Shown: piece by piece, positions 18,667-29,300 of the stretch
How the letters are laid out: each line of letters opens with the position of its first letter
Position numbering within the stretch: position 1 is the stretch's first letter
From: Methanobacteriota archaeon
Lineage (GTDB): Archaea > Thermoplasmatota > Thermoplasmata > SG8-5 > JAGLSY01
Length of the DNA: 64,000 bases
Assembly: GCA_020696385.1 (NCBI GenBank)
Contig: JAEHCQ010000003.1
Location: 151,624-215,623, forward strand
Direction of reading: 5' to 3'
Made by a program: the position numbers and the translations under genes
The notes under the pieces: generated by a model
Database searches by the model: none
What the model saw: the letters and a program-made list of their open reading frames with translations, nothing else
Told to the model about the DNA's origin: nothing

Positions 18667-20430
18667 TCAATAAGCTTCAATAATGGCCTCGGGGTCGACC
18701 ATTTCAATGTCCTTCTTGATCTCATCATATTCAAGTCCAAGGTCCTGGAGCACATGCCATGCCAGTCTTCTGCCAGTGACCTCTTCGGATATTATGATCT
18801 CATCTGCAAAGTCATTCAGAGCATCCCTATCCCTGTCATTGTATGCCCTTGCAACGATGTACGCATCCTTATTATGCTTATGAACAAGCTGTATCGCGGT
18901 CTCGGCATCCATCATATCAGATAATGCAACAATGACAAGGTCAACTTGCATCACACCTGCAAGTAAAAGCACATCTTCATTGGACGCATCACCACATAAA
19001 TGATGGATATCCTGCTCCATCATCATATGGTTCTTTCTTGGACTGAAGTCCACGACAAGGAAATTCTTGTCCGTCATCTGCAGGCATTTCACAGTGTCCT
19101 GAACAACCTCTGCGAAGCCGAGTATGAGGATGTCTGGTTCTCTATGGATGTGTTTTGGTAGATCGAAGTCATCATCCGCATACACAGTATCAGTCTTCTG
19201 CCGAGGCAAAAAGAATCGATTGTATATCTTTGGCGAAAGTGACATCGCATAAGGAGTGAAGACCATGCTTACCAGGGCTGTTATCAGTATAACTGAGTAA
19301 TATTCATCACGTAGTATTCCTGCTGTGAATCCCAGGGTTGCGATTATGAAAGAGAACTCGCCAATTTGCATCATGCTCATTCCAACATTCAGAGAAGTCT
19401 TTGGATGATAGCCCAATATCTTGGTGGTCATAGTATTGGCAAATCCCTTACCAAAGAAAAGGACCAATATAACGATAATAATGGAAGAGAGCAATGGGAC
19501 AGGGTTCGTCAAAAGCAAGGAGAGATCTATCGCCATACCTGCGGAAACAAAGAAGATGATCAGGAAAATATCTTTCAATGGTCTGATCTGATTTATTATA
19601 TCCAGATTGTGCTCAGATTCGGAAAGGATCATTCCAGCAATGAAGGCTCCAAGAGCAAGAGAAAGGCCAAAGTACTCAGATATAACCGCAGTTGCTATGC
19701 AAAAGCCAAAAATGGTCAGAAGGAAGAGCTCTTTTGATCGGGTCTTGCTTATCAGGTCTATGAACCATGGGAATATCTTTCTTCCAATTATCAGCATTCC
19801 AGTCAAGAATATCACACCAATAGCAACAGGTATCAAGGCTTCGATGCCAAAAGTATCCTCGACCAATATAGATGTGACCAATGTGATAACGATTATAGCT
19901 CCAATATCCTCTACCACAAGACGACCAACCAGGAGTCTTCCATGTAAGGTTTCTGTCTGCCCCCTCTCGGCCAACATCTTTATGATGATTATCGTGCTGC
20001 TTATCATCAGTACAGCACCCAGAAGAACAGCCTCCATGAAGGACCAGCCCATGAGAAGGCCAGTAACTAATCCAAGGATTAGCATGAATATCATTTCTAC
20101 AGTTCCACTTATTGCAGATACACCAATTATCTTCCCCACTCTCTTGGATGAGAATTCCAGACCTACAGCGAATAGAAGCAATGACACTCCCAGATTGGCA
20201 AGGGCTCCGATCTCACCGATATCGGTTATCAGACCAAACCTTGCACCATTCATATCACCGGTCATGAGAGCTCTTATCAAACCGACACCCGGGCCGATAG
20301 CGATGCCTGCAAAAAGGTAGCCAAGGATAGGAGGCTGGCCAAGCAGCTTATGAGCTATAAGACCGAATACAAATGCTGCGGACATAATGATAGCGATGTC
20401 CATTAACAAGGTGAGTGCTTCTAGTTCCAT
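18667..20430 (-). CDS. CPA2 cation:proton antiporter (KefB/KefC/YbaL-like) with TrkA-N domain
   Basis: LLLFAVGLEFS, ISST, VEDI, SLALGAFIAG, QIGEFSF and GDAS motifs. Confidence 0.92.
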   Translation of the reverse strand: MELEALTLLMDIAIIMSAAFVFGLIAHKLLGQPPILGYLFAGIAIGPGVGLIRALMTGDMNGARFGLITDIGEIGALANLGVSLLLFAVGLEFSSKRVGKIIGVSAISGTVEMIFMLILGLVTGLLMGWSFMEAVLLGAVLMISSTIIIIKMLAERGQTETLHGRLLVGRLVVEDIGAIIVITLVTSILVEDTFGIEALIPVAIGVIFLTGMLIIGRKIFPWFIDLISKTRSKELFLLTIFGFCIATAVISEYFGLSLALGAFIAGMILSESEHNLDIINQIRPLKDIFLIIFFVSAGMAIDLSLLLTNPVPLLSSIIIVILVLFFGKGFANTMTTKILGYHPKTSLNVGMSMMQIGEFSFIIATLGFTAGILRDEYYSVILITALVSMVFTPYAMSLSPKIYNRFFLPRQKTDTVYADDDFDLPKHIHREPDILILGFAEVVQDTVKCLQMTDKNFLVVDFSPRKNHMMMEQDIHHLCGDASNEDVLLLAGVMQVDLVIVALSDMMDAETAIQLVHKHNKDAYIVARAYNDRDRDALNDFADEIIISEEVTGRRLAWHVLQDLGLEYDEIKKDIEMVDPEAIIEAY

Positions 20431-20609
20431 CCCGATGCCCTACCAAGGGTTATGATCGCAAGACCATCAAGGAAGGGTAATAATTCTGAATATTTAATAT
20501 ATACTATGTGGAATTTAATTGTGGCACATTGTCACATTGATGAAATATCCATCAATACCCTGCAATTTCAACCAATAATTTTATATCCACATAGTTCCAA
20601 TGTACTATT

Positions 20610-21125
20610 ATGAAAAATGTTGCCGAATTGATCCGCAATGTACCAGATTTCCCGATACCAGGCATAATGTTCAAGGACATTACACCGGTACTCAATGATC
20701 CAATTGCCTTTGATGCTATAATCGATGAATTTGCTGATAGGAACAAGGACAAGGGAATAGAAGGCATCGTCGGGATAGAGAGCAGAGGCTTTATTCTGGG
20801 GGCTCCATTGGCATTGAAAATGGGAATTCCTTTCATACTTATCAGGAAGGAAGGAAAGCTACCATACCACAAGGAGAAAGCCAGCTATGATCTAGAATAT
20901 GGACAGGCCACCATCGAGATTCACAAGGATTCTATCAAGTCCGGGCAAAAGATTATGATCGTGGATGATCTTCTGGCCACAGGAGGAACTGCGGCCGCAT
21001 CCATAGACCTGGTGGAAAGAATTGGCGGGGTAGTTGTGAATTGCTCATTCGCAATCGAACTGTCCGCCCTAGGCGGAAGGGCCAAACTGCCTGATGGAAA
21101 GACAGACAGCCTTATCAAATATTGA
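20610..21125 (+). CDS. apt: Adenine phosphoribosyltransferase
   Basis: PDFPIPGIMFKDIT, ESRGF, YDLEYG and VDDLLATGGT motifs. Confidence 0.96.
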   Translation: MKNVAELIRNVPDFPIPGIMFKDITPVLNDPIAFDAIIDEFADRNKDKGIEGIVGIESRGFILGAPLALKMGIPFILIRKEGKLPYHKEKASYDLEYGQATIEIHKDSIKSGQKIMIVDDLLATGGTAAASIDLVERIGGVVVNCSFAIELSALGGRAKLPDGKTDSLIKY

Positions 21126-21142
21126 TTATCTAGGCGATCTAA

Positions 21143-21706
21143 ATGAAGGGAAAGCTTAGAGAAACACTTGAGAATGCCCCCATTGTGAAGTTCGGAGAGT
21201 ATGAATATTTTATCCATCCAATGAGCGATGGTATTCCACTTATCACAAAAGACCTATTCGAGCAGACGATCGAAAAAATAATGTCCCTGAGTGATTTCGA
21301 TTGCGACAAGATATTGGTAATCGAAGCCATGGGCATACACCTGGGAGCTGGCCTATGTATGAAGACAGGACGCCCCTTCGTCGTGGCAAGAAAACGACCA
21401 TATGGTTTACCTGATGAGGTGGAATTCCAACAGACGACTGGCTATCATGAGAAGAAGATATATCTCAACTATATCGAGAAGGGCGACAAGTTGATCATAG
21501 TTGACGATGTTCTGAGTACTGGTGGAACCCTTATCGGACTGCTCAACGCCCTCAGAGAGATGGAAGTCGAGGTCAATGACATAATCATTCTTTTCAACAA
21601 GGGAGATGTCAAAGAGAAGATCGAGAAGGAATTCGGGGTCAATATCAAGATCGTCTTCAATGTTAAAGTTGAGAATGGTGAGGTAAAAGTCATCGATAAA
21701 ATCTGA
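21143..21706 (+). CDS. hpt: Hypoxanthine/guanine phosphoribosyltransferase (archaeal type)
   Basis: YEYFIHPMSDGIP, EAMGI, RKRPYGL, QTTGY and VDDVLSTGGT motifs. Confidence 0.88.
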   Translation: MKGKLRETLENAPIVKFGEYEYFIHPMSDGIPLITKDLFEQTIEKIMSLSDFDCDKILVIEAMGIHLGAGLCMKTGRPFVVARKRPYGLPDEVEFQQTTGYHEKKIYLNYIEKGDKLIIVDDVLSTGGTLIGLLNALREMEVEVNDIIILFNKGDVKEKIEKEFGVNIKIVFNVKVENGEVKVIDKI

Positions 21707-21805
21707 CCATATAGGCCAATTTTACTAGTTATTCTGCGAAAGGCTTATATTCATGTGCCAATATAAGATGAGAATATATATCAGACGATACTGGAGTGAG
21801 TTGAT

Positions 21806-22684
21806 TTGGAGCTAGCAGAGGATTTGGTCGATAAGAGAGAACAATGCAACATTGATGCAGAGACACATAAAGCGGCAAGAAACCGCCTAAATGATCAGAC
21901 CAAGCACTGGGTGGAAGAGAGGGATAAATACAATGCCCAGACAAGAGAACTTATAGAAGAAGCAAATCAACACAGGACCAACAGAGACAATATGAATGTC
22001 GAGGTCAAAGCTGCGAAGGTAGATCGAGATATATGGAACAAGAAGGTCAATGAATACGCAGAAAAATTGGCGAAGAAAAAAAGAGAGAAGATGCCAAAAA
22101 GAGGACCTTCCATATCAGTATTGAAGAAAAAGCTGAGAGCCCTGGAATTCCAGCAGATGACCAGTGTTTTGACCTCCGACAAGGAAAAGGCTTTGATCGA
22201 AGCCATGTCAGCCGTCATGAAGGAGATCAAAGAATTGGAAGATTCCATTGAAGAGGACTCAGAGGTAATGACCCTCCTGGAAGAATCAAAAGAAGCGAGG
22301 GAAAAGGCCGAGCATTATCACAAGCTCGTTGGGGAACTCGCAGAGGGCGCCCAGAGAGAGCATGACAACATGATGGCCATTTATGAGAAGTCCGATGCCT
22401 TGAGAAAGAAAGCTGACAAGGCACAGGAAGAGTTCATCAAGACAAAGATGTTGGCCGATGAAGAACACAGGCTACACATCGAGTTCATACGCCAGGTTCA
22501 TGACTATGATAAAATAGTCACTGGAATAAAACAGAAGGATGGCGGTGGAGAAGGTAGCACAGACAGGTTCTATCCAGTCAGAGATGCAAAGGTAGCAGCT
22601 GGCGAGATATACGAGAGGTTCAAAAAAGGCGAGAAGCTCAGCACAGAGGACCTTATGCTGCTCCAGCAGTCCGGATACCTGTAA
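21806..22684 (+). CDS. Archaeal coiled-coil protein (COG1340-like)
   Basis: Long coiled coil with LEFQQMTSVL and C-terminal FKKGEKLSTEDLMLLQ. Confidence 0.85.
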   Translation: MELAEDLVDKREQCNIDAETHKAARNRLNDQTKHWVEERDKYNAQTRELIEEANQHRTNRDNMNVEVKAAKVDRDIWNKKVNEYAEKLAKKKREKMPKRGPSISVLKKKLRALEFQQMTSVLTSDKEKALIEAMSAVMKEIKELEDSIEEDSEVMTLLEESKEAREKAEHYHKLVGELAEGAQREHDNMMAIYEKSDALRKKADKAQEEFIKTKMLADEEHRLHIEFIRQVHDYDKIVTGIKQKDGGGEGSTDRFYPVRDAKVAAGEIYERFKKGEKLSTEDLMLLQQSGYL

Positions 22685-22701
22685 GAAATTTGATGGACAG
22701 G

Positions 22702-22868
22702 TTTTTTAAATGCGACTGGACCCATTATTCCCACGCATTTATTTTATCAAACCTTTACAAACAGCATAGGGGTTTGATTCATTTGATTGCGACTGGACCC
22801 ATTATTCCCACGCATTTATTTTATCAAACGTGTATTTGATAGATGCAGGTAATTAGTTTGATTCGATA
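22702..22868 (+). repeat. Element-family hairpin modules (E4) with a 42-bp direct repeat (22711-22752 = 22788-22829)
   Basis: TTTTTTAAATGCGACT-N15-ACGCATTTATTTTATCAAACC...GGTTTGATTC matches the reverse complement of 48185-48251 except in the loops. Confidence 0.8.
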
Positions 22869-22884
22869 TATTTGATGGAAAATC

Positions 22885-22892
22885 TTTATATA
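22885..22892 (+). promoter_or_regulatory. TATA box of the 5S rRNA gene
   Basis: TTTATATA preceded by GGAAAA (BRE-like), about 25 nt upstream of the 5S sequence. Confidence 0.7.
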
Positions 22893-22914
22893 GAAAAGCG
22901 TTATGCATGGCTTG

Positions 22915-23037
22915 GATTGACGGTCAAAGCGGTGGGGCCACACCTGGTCTCATTCCGAACCCAGAAGTTAAGCCCACCTGCGTTCTGCGCTGTACTGTGG
23001 TACGAGAGTCCACGGGAACCGCAGACCGCTGTCAGCC
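22915..23037 (+). rRNA. rrf: 5S ribosomal RNA (stand-alone)
   Basis: CACACCTGGTCTCATTCCGAACCCAGAAGTTAAGCC core; terminal helix TTGACGG/CTGTCAG; T-tract downstream. Confidence 0.96.
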
Positions 23038-23146
23038 ACTTTTCTATTTTTAACTGATCAGTATATCGCAATATCGGTATATCGCAATATCATTATACCC
23101 CCATTTCTGGCAATCATATTTTATATCTTCATCCAGATTTACCACT

Positions 23147-23740
23147 ATGACACATCAACATGATCATGGCGACAAAAAATTCGATCCAACCGGCAAGGAA
23201 AGGCTGGATTCACCAGACCGCAAGTTGATCATGGATCCGGACAAGATAATACCGCAGTTGGACATACTTGACGGCCAACTGGTCGCGGACATAGGTGCCG
23301 GGACTGGTTATTTCTCAGTCCCGTTTTCTGATGCTGTCAGTCCCCGTGGGAAAGTATACGCGATCGACATCAGCCAGAGCATGCTGGATTCCTTGGTCGA
23401 AAAAGCAGAGTCCAGGGGCATACGGAATATTGCCCCTGTGCTTTCAGAGGAAGACACAATTCCGATAGATGACGGAATTGTCGGTCTGGCCTTCATGTCC
23501 ATGGTCCTTCACGAGCTGGATGGGGATGAGACACTTCAAGAGACATATCGGATATTGAAGCAAGGCGGTAGGCTGGCCATACTAGATTATAAAAAGATAG
23601 AGAGCGAGCATGGACCTCCATTATGGCATCGCCTCAGCCAGGAAGAGGCAATTGAGAAATGCGAGAAAGCTGGATTCACTTTCTCGAAGATATTCGACAC
23701 AAGCCCAGATATGTACGGGCTTGTCTTTGAGAAGATATAA
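23147..23740 (+). CDS. Class I SAM-dependent methyltransferase
   Basis: VADIGAGTGYF, YAIDIS, VLHE, LKQGGRLAILD and HGPP motifs. Confidence 0.9.
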   Translation: MTHQHDHGDKKFDPTGKERLDSPDRKLIMDPDKIIPQLDILDGQLVADIGAGTGYFSVPFSDAVSPRGKVYAIDISQSMLDSLVEKAESRGIRNIAPVLSEEDTIPIDDGIVGLAFMSMVLHELDGDETLQETYRILKQGGRLAILDYKKIESEHGPPLWHRLSQEEAIEKCEKAGFTFSKIFDTSPDMYGLVFEKI

Positions 23741-23741
23741 G

Positions 23742-23801
23742 CCTGCTCACTCGGGGTTTGCTTATATGAGCTTACCCCAGCTGTGTTCTATATTACACCC
23801 C
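23742..23801 (-). repeat. Exact 60-bp duplicate of 23890-23949 (40 nt gene tail + 20 nt element start)
   Basis: CCTGCTCACTCGGGGTTTGCTTATATGAGCTTACCCCAGCTGTGTTCTATATTACACCCC occurs twice with a 148-bp period. Confidence 0.95.
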
Positions 23802-23909
23802 TAATACGTCCCCACTTTTTTCTTTAACCTCGCTGTGCTGGATCACCCTCCAAAGAAAAAAGACGGACAAAATAAGAAACTCGGGTGATCCTGCTCACTC
23901 GGGGTTTGC
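23802..23909 (-). mobile_element. Structured non-coding tail-associated element, copy E2 (minimal form)
   Basis: On the gene strand: CCCCGAGTGAGCAGGATCACCCGAGTTTC...TTTGTCCGTCTTTTTTCTTTGGAGGGTGATCCAGCACAGCGAGGTTAAAGAAAAAAGTGG; lacks the internal hairpins. Mobility is inferred. Confidence 0.65.
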
Positions 23910-25043
23910 TTATATGAGCTTACCCCAGCTGTGTTCTATATTACACCCCATATGGCCAAGATCCTCTCTCTGCACTGTCAGTGACCCATCCAGCTTCCGG
24001 AAGGTGAAGTCATCAACTTCCGCCGGATACTCATTGTAATACAGTATGGACTTCATGCCCCAGCGCCTCGGTTGCTGGAATCTCCAGTAGGCCCTGGCAT
24101 AGGCCTGGATCTTGATGAACATCTCCTTCTCATCATCCTTGCCAGACACATAGAAGACTGGCAAGCCCCTCTCGATCTCGTGCTTGATCTTGATGTTCTT
24201 CTTGTCAAATAAGAAAAGTTCTTTTGTTGGATGGTGATAGAACCTCATGTTCTTCGATAATCGGATATCACCCCAGTCCAGCACGGATGTTGGTTTTTCT
24301 GTTGTGCGGAATATCTGTGGCCCGAAAAATGGGTTAAAATATTCGAAATAGCTACCATTCTCCGAGTGGCCGATACCCCAGTACCATGTGGGTGCTGGCG
24401 CGTTCACGGTCACGCGCTGTTCATAAGCAGTTCCTTCAACAGGCTGGCCGTCAATAGTGCCCTTCATCTTCATGCCGTATATCTTTAAGATATTGTACCC
24501 CATCTTTTTGGTATACTGGCGTTCATTGAAGCGATGCTCCTGCATATAATCGTTCCAGGGTGTCATCTCGAAGTGAAAATCATTCTTGTCATCCTTGACA
24601 TTGACCGTGTACTTGTCTGGCCCTCCAAAAAAGCGGTAGTCCGCGCCTTCGACCAGGGGCTTGAGTTCGCCTTCCTCTCCATCATGGCGAACCTCAAAGT
24701 CAGATTCCTTGATGAGTAGCGGGTCCTTCATGGTATTTCCATCATACCACCAGGCACAGGTCATGCCATTGAATTTCAAAACACCTTCATCATCCAGGGT
24801 GGGCAACTGCTTGAGCTTCCACTTCATGTCCATGACCTTGATATCATCAGTATATTTCGTTGACCATAGTATCATGAACTGTTTGGTCTTCCCGGGATTA
24901 TCAGGATCCTTGATAAAAAATATCCACCACCACCACCACCAGGTGAGATTGGGTAGCATATTGTCTGTTTTCAATACCCAAATGTTCTCATATGGCTTGT
25001 GAGCATCTGATTCAATTTCATTGACCATCCTGACTGGTATCAT
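23910..25043 (-). CDS. Hypothetical aromatic-rich protein (possible AttH/tocopherol-cyclase-like beta fold) with a W6 run
   Basis: 377-aa ORF; TWWWWWWIFF, GTAYEQRV..PAPTWYWG and IEHSWG. Fold is a guess. Confidence 0.7.
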   Translation of the reverse strand: MIPVRMVNEIESDAHKPYENIWVLKTDNMLPNLTWWWWWWIFFIKDPDNPGKTKQFMILWSTKYTDDIKVMDMKWKLKQLPTLDDEGVLKFNGMTCAWWYDGNTMKDPLLIKESDFEVRHDGEEGELKPLVEGADYRFFGGPDKYTVNVKDDKNDFHFEMTPWNDYMQEHRFNERQYTKKMGYNILKIYGMKMKGTIDGQPVEGTAYEQRVTVNAPAPTWYWGIGHSENGSYFEYFNPFFGPQIFRTTEKPTSVLDWGDIRLSKNMRFYHHPTKELFLFDKKNIKIKHEIERGLPVFYVSGKDDEKEMFIKIQAYARAYWRFQQPRRWGMKSILYYNEYPAEVDDFTFRKLDGSLTVQREDLGHMGCNIEHSWGKLI

Positions 25044-25124
25044 GGAAGGCCTAAATATATTTAATGCAGAAAAATAGAGAGATAGATAAGTAAACTAAAT
25101 TAGTTCAAAGTCAGCTCAAAGAAA

Positions 25125-26114
25125 CTAAGCTGAGACACCGCTCTCGCCTACAACAACATCGAAGTAGGCCTGGTTAATAGTCAATTTAGATATGATATCG
25201 CTATCCACCGAGAGGCTTATGACCTCTACCGGATCCATAACAAAAGTAGTGTTGGTGTAGCTTCTGGTGATATCATATTCAACGCCATTGGTAAATCCAT
25301 ACCGGGTCATCATATTGTCCATGTACGTGTACCATGCGTCCCCATAGTGGGTGGTCTGGTTCACATAGATATTACCAGTGATAGCATCAGTTATAGGGAT
25401 CTGAGAATTCACATCATCATAGGTAGCAGTTGTAGCAGACCTGACGTAGGTCGTTATGCCCCTATTGTCGAAACCATTAAAGGTCTGATTCTTGCCAATA
25501 AGAGATACCTGGGTGACGATCATATTGTACTTGGCACCCTCTTTTCTAAGTGTGACCTGTGGTGGAGCCTTGATAAGCTCTCCCTCTGTCTGATGGAGTA
25601 TGACCGCGTCATTCTCGTATATCATTGACTGGATAACATAATATCTGTTTGGAACGAGAAGTTTTACCATACCGCTGGAATTACTCCAGAACATACGGTC
25701 GCCATTATTGGTTCCAGATACATTGTACATCCAATTCACCTGAGATTGAGAATCAGCAGGATCTGGATTGACCGATAATTGTCCCAAAGTGGGAGCGGCG
25801 AACATCGGTATTCCCGGTGCCCCCAGAGTAATTGGTGAATAAAGTGATACATCGTATTTGCCCATCATACCAGCCAGTATCTGAATGTTTATACTGTGTT
25901 TCAGGGTGGCGAACTCTCCCTCCACATTATTCATGTGAGTGGCTTCATTATCTTCCATCCAGATGGGGACATACTGGTTCATGAACATGGATAGGAATGT
26001 CAAAAAGATCATCATCGCCATGATGGTACCTATGGTGGAGGATACGCCCTCATTGTTCCACGATAGGCGTCGGGTCAACCTGCGACCTTTATTGTTAGAA
26101 TTCGTCGATAACAT
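25125..26114 (-). CDS. Archaeal pilin-like protein with class III signal peptide
   Basis: Basic leader, then NNEG/VSSTIGTIMAMMIF hydrophobic helix and a YVP.W....EA.H motif. Confidence 0.75.
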   Translation of the reverse strand: MLSTNSNNKGRRLTRRLSWNNEGVSSTIGTIMAMMIFLTFLSMFMNQYVPIWMEDNEATHMNNVEGEFATLKHSINIQILAGMMGKYDVSLYSPITLGAPGIPMFAAPTLGQLSVNPDPADSQSQVNWMYNVSGTNNGDRMFWSNSSGMVKLLVPNRYYVIQSMIYENDAVILHQTEGELIKAPPQVTLRKEGAKYNMIVTQVSLIGKNQTFNGFDNRGITTYVRSATTATYDDVNSQIPITDAITGNIYVNQTTHYGDAWYTYMDNMMTRYGFTNGVEYDITRSYTNTTFVMDPVEVISLSVDSDIISKLTINQAYFDVVVGESGVSA

Positions 26115-26348
26115 GATGTAATTCCACCACATCCTAATTATGCAAATCTGCTATTTATATGTATCGTGGAATATAGATTTCATCACAAACATCCCGTGAA
26201 AATTTAATACACTGGCATATACTAATTTCTAATATTTATTCTAGGTAATTTCTTGGTTAATTGATGATTATTATTGGGTTATAACCACTATAACATTATA
26301 TAGTCTTTGAAAGATACACTATACTATAGAGGCAGAGAAGGTGATTCT

Positions 26349-29300
26349 TTGAATAGGAGAATAAGTAGAAAATTAGTTTGGGATAATAGGGGTGTCAGCG
26401 AAGTTGTAGGTACGATCCTCATGCTGGCCATAACCGTAGTTCTTTTTTCGAGCATAACACTCTGGGTGAGCAATATGCCTGAGCCACAGAGCCGTGTTTA
26501 TGTGGAGATAGAAGGTAAAATAATCCCTATTGACAACAATGATTGGTCCCAAGGCGCCTGGATAAATTTGACCCACGTAGGTGGTGTAGACCTTGATACA
26601 TTCTGGACAATGTTGATCTTGGAGATCGATGGAGCACGCACCACACTGAGAATAGGAAACAGTGTCAATTACCTAGGAGAATTCTGGGAACCCACAGAAG
26701 TATGGACCTATAATATCGGCATTGGAGTTCTCACAGAGAATTCAGATGTAAGGATCACCATAATCGATGAGGATGTGGATACTCAAGTTTGGGAAGGTCA
26801 GCTTATGGGAGAGAGCACATGGTTCGAGCCGATAATCATGAATGTCTGGATCGATTCAGACATGGTAAGTGAATTTGCAGATCCAGGCCCTATACAGTAT
26901 GCTCCAACAGATTTCAAGATATTTGCCCAGATAATAGATCCAGAAGGAGATGACCCAGATCATGGTCTGAACATAACCAATGTCTGGATCAACCTCACAT
27001 CTATCGGCAGAGGATACATTCAGCTGGAAGATGATGATTTTGACAATGTTTTCACCAATACCAGCCGAGGGCCAGAAAGTGACAGCCCGGTCGGATACTA
27101 TGAATTCATGGTCAATGCGACGGACTATGATGGCAAATACGTGGAAAAGAAGTTCAGGTTCTCTGTTGGCGGTGAGGTCGGACAAAACCCACAGATAGCT
27201 GTCAGGAAGAATACTGATACAGATAAATACATATGGACAGTACCAGAGAATCCACTCCATGGAGATACAGTCCAGCTATATGCCAAGATCACGAACCTTG
27301 GAGGAGCTGGAGCATTGGTTGATGTAAGATTCTGGGACAATACAACTGGAACCAATATCAGTACAGAACAACCCTTGATAAACTTTGGAGATTATATCGT
27401 ATCGACCACCTGGTTAGCATCACCTGGTGGATTACATAATATAACTGTGAATGCCACAGTGAACGAGACGTGGTCTGTCAACAATGGAATTTATGAGATA
27501 ATTCTCAATGACAATCAGAACAGTACGGATGTTATCGTCCTGCCGACCATACTTCTTGTGGATGATGATGCATACATGAATGATGGAAGCTCAGCAGATA
27601 CATCCAGCTTCATGCGTGCTTCCCTTGAAGCATCTGATTTTGATTATGATTTTACTGTTGTGAGCACAGGCGGAGATGGGCCTTCATATGATGCTGGAGA
27701 TTATAGATTGGAGGAGTATGATATAGTTATCTGGATGACCGGGTATGAAAAGACCAATACCCTGAAAGCCAATGACATGAATAATATCACCACCTTCCTG
27801 GACAATGGAGGAAGCCTCTGGCTCATAGGCGAGGGGATATTCGAGGATGCAGCAGTAACAGATTCATTCCTGACCAGCATATATGCAACTAGAGCTGATG
27901 GGATAGTGACAGTTGGAGATGAGCCAGTCAAAGGTATTGCCGATCACAATGTCACGGGTTATTTCAGCATCAAGAACCTGACCCTTTCAGAGAGATTGAT
28001 AGGACAGAGTACTGGGTATGATATCAGCACCTGGGGAGCCGGAGAGAATGCCTTCATTGAGAATGAGACCATACCGATAACGGTATTGGCAACGAACTAT
28101 AGTGACGATACAAAGAGAATATTCACCCAGTCATTCGAATTCTCCATGATAGAGACAACAGGTGACATGGCTCAGCTTACCTACAAGGTCATCACATGGC
28201 TTGGAAAGATCGATATAAAGTTCGGAAGAGACCTTGCTGTCTCCGAGCAGTTTATAACGCCTCATACCGTGTTCTACCAACAGCCAGTTACTATAACCGG
28301 AGTTATACGTAACAATGGTTTTGCCAATGAGACCTCGGTCAACTGGTCCTTGACGATAACAAATGCTCTCGGACAGGAATGGTCATACAAGAGTACGGAT
28401 CCTGGCGACCCAGATGGAAGTGTATCTCTGGGAATAGGTCAGAGCAATTCATATACGATAACCAGAGAATGGACACCTACGACCATTGGAGCTCACATAA
28501 TAATATTCGAAGTAGATCCAGACAATCAGATAATCGAGACCAATGAGAATAATAATGTGTTATCGGACCTACTTGAATCCGGCGAGATAGATGTCCAATA
28601 CATCGTCCTTGTTGTGGATGATGAAGGAATTAGTGGGATGAATGAGACTGGCAGTGTTACAAGTGCGCTGAATGATACATTGGGCTATGATTATGACCTT
28701 ATCTATGGAACTGAAGCGAACAAGACCCTTCTCACGAAATACAATGCAATCATCTGGGTAACTGGTGATGCGATCGATCCATTATCTTCCGAAGAAATGG
28801 GAAATATCACCAACTATCTGAATGCCAGTGGCAGATTATGGCTCACTGGTAAGGACTGTGTTGGTGACCTCATAGATACAGATCTGGAAACAGATTATCT
28901 TCAATTGAATACAATAACCATTGATGAGGCAATGCCATCAACACTGTACGGCCTGGATACCGATCCGATAATCGATCCAAATCCGATAACCCATGGTATG
29001 AAATACGAGTCAAATGGTTCTCAAGATTGTGATTCCATCACTCCATTGGCCAATGGAACTGGCATATTATATCAGGACATGGTTGCTGGAACCTTCAATG
29101 GAATAAGCCACGACAGCGGAACTTACAAGACAGTGACCACCACCTTCGCATTGAACTCGATCAATTCCACCGAGGAGAAAGCGGAAATGGTCTTCATGAT
29201 CCTTCACTGGTTCGACAAGCCAGATGAGCGAACAGAGCTAAGGATCACAAATTCTGACATTAAAATAATGAACTCCATGGGCATAATGACGCATCCACAG

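Noticed and set aside
19607-20320. Long antisense ORFs (this one, 13331-13879, 59429-60118, 59937-60482 and similar)
   Set aside because: They are shadow frames opposite well-supported genes, with no recognisable motifs or RBS.
22711-22829. Two 42-bp repeats with a 35-nt spacer as a mini CRISPR array
   Set aside because: There are only two units, no cas genes and no typical repeat end. The spacer itself pairs with the repeat, and the unit is homologous to the internal hairpins of element E3.
22915-23037. 5S rRNA unlinked from 16S/23S as a novelty
   Set aside because: Dispersed rRNA genes are the known norm in Thermoplasmata.
22872-23057. 61-aa ORF
   Set aside because: It overlies the 5S rRNA gene and its promoter.
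23061-23091. Tandem 15-bp duplication GTATATCGCAATATC
   Set aside because: It is a short local slippage-type duplication with no link to other features.
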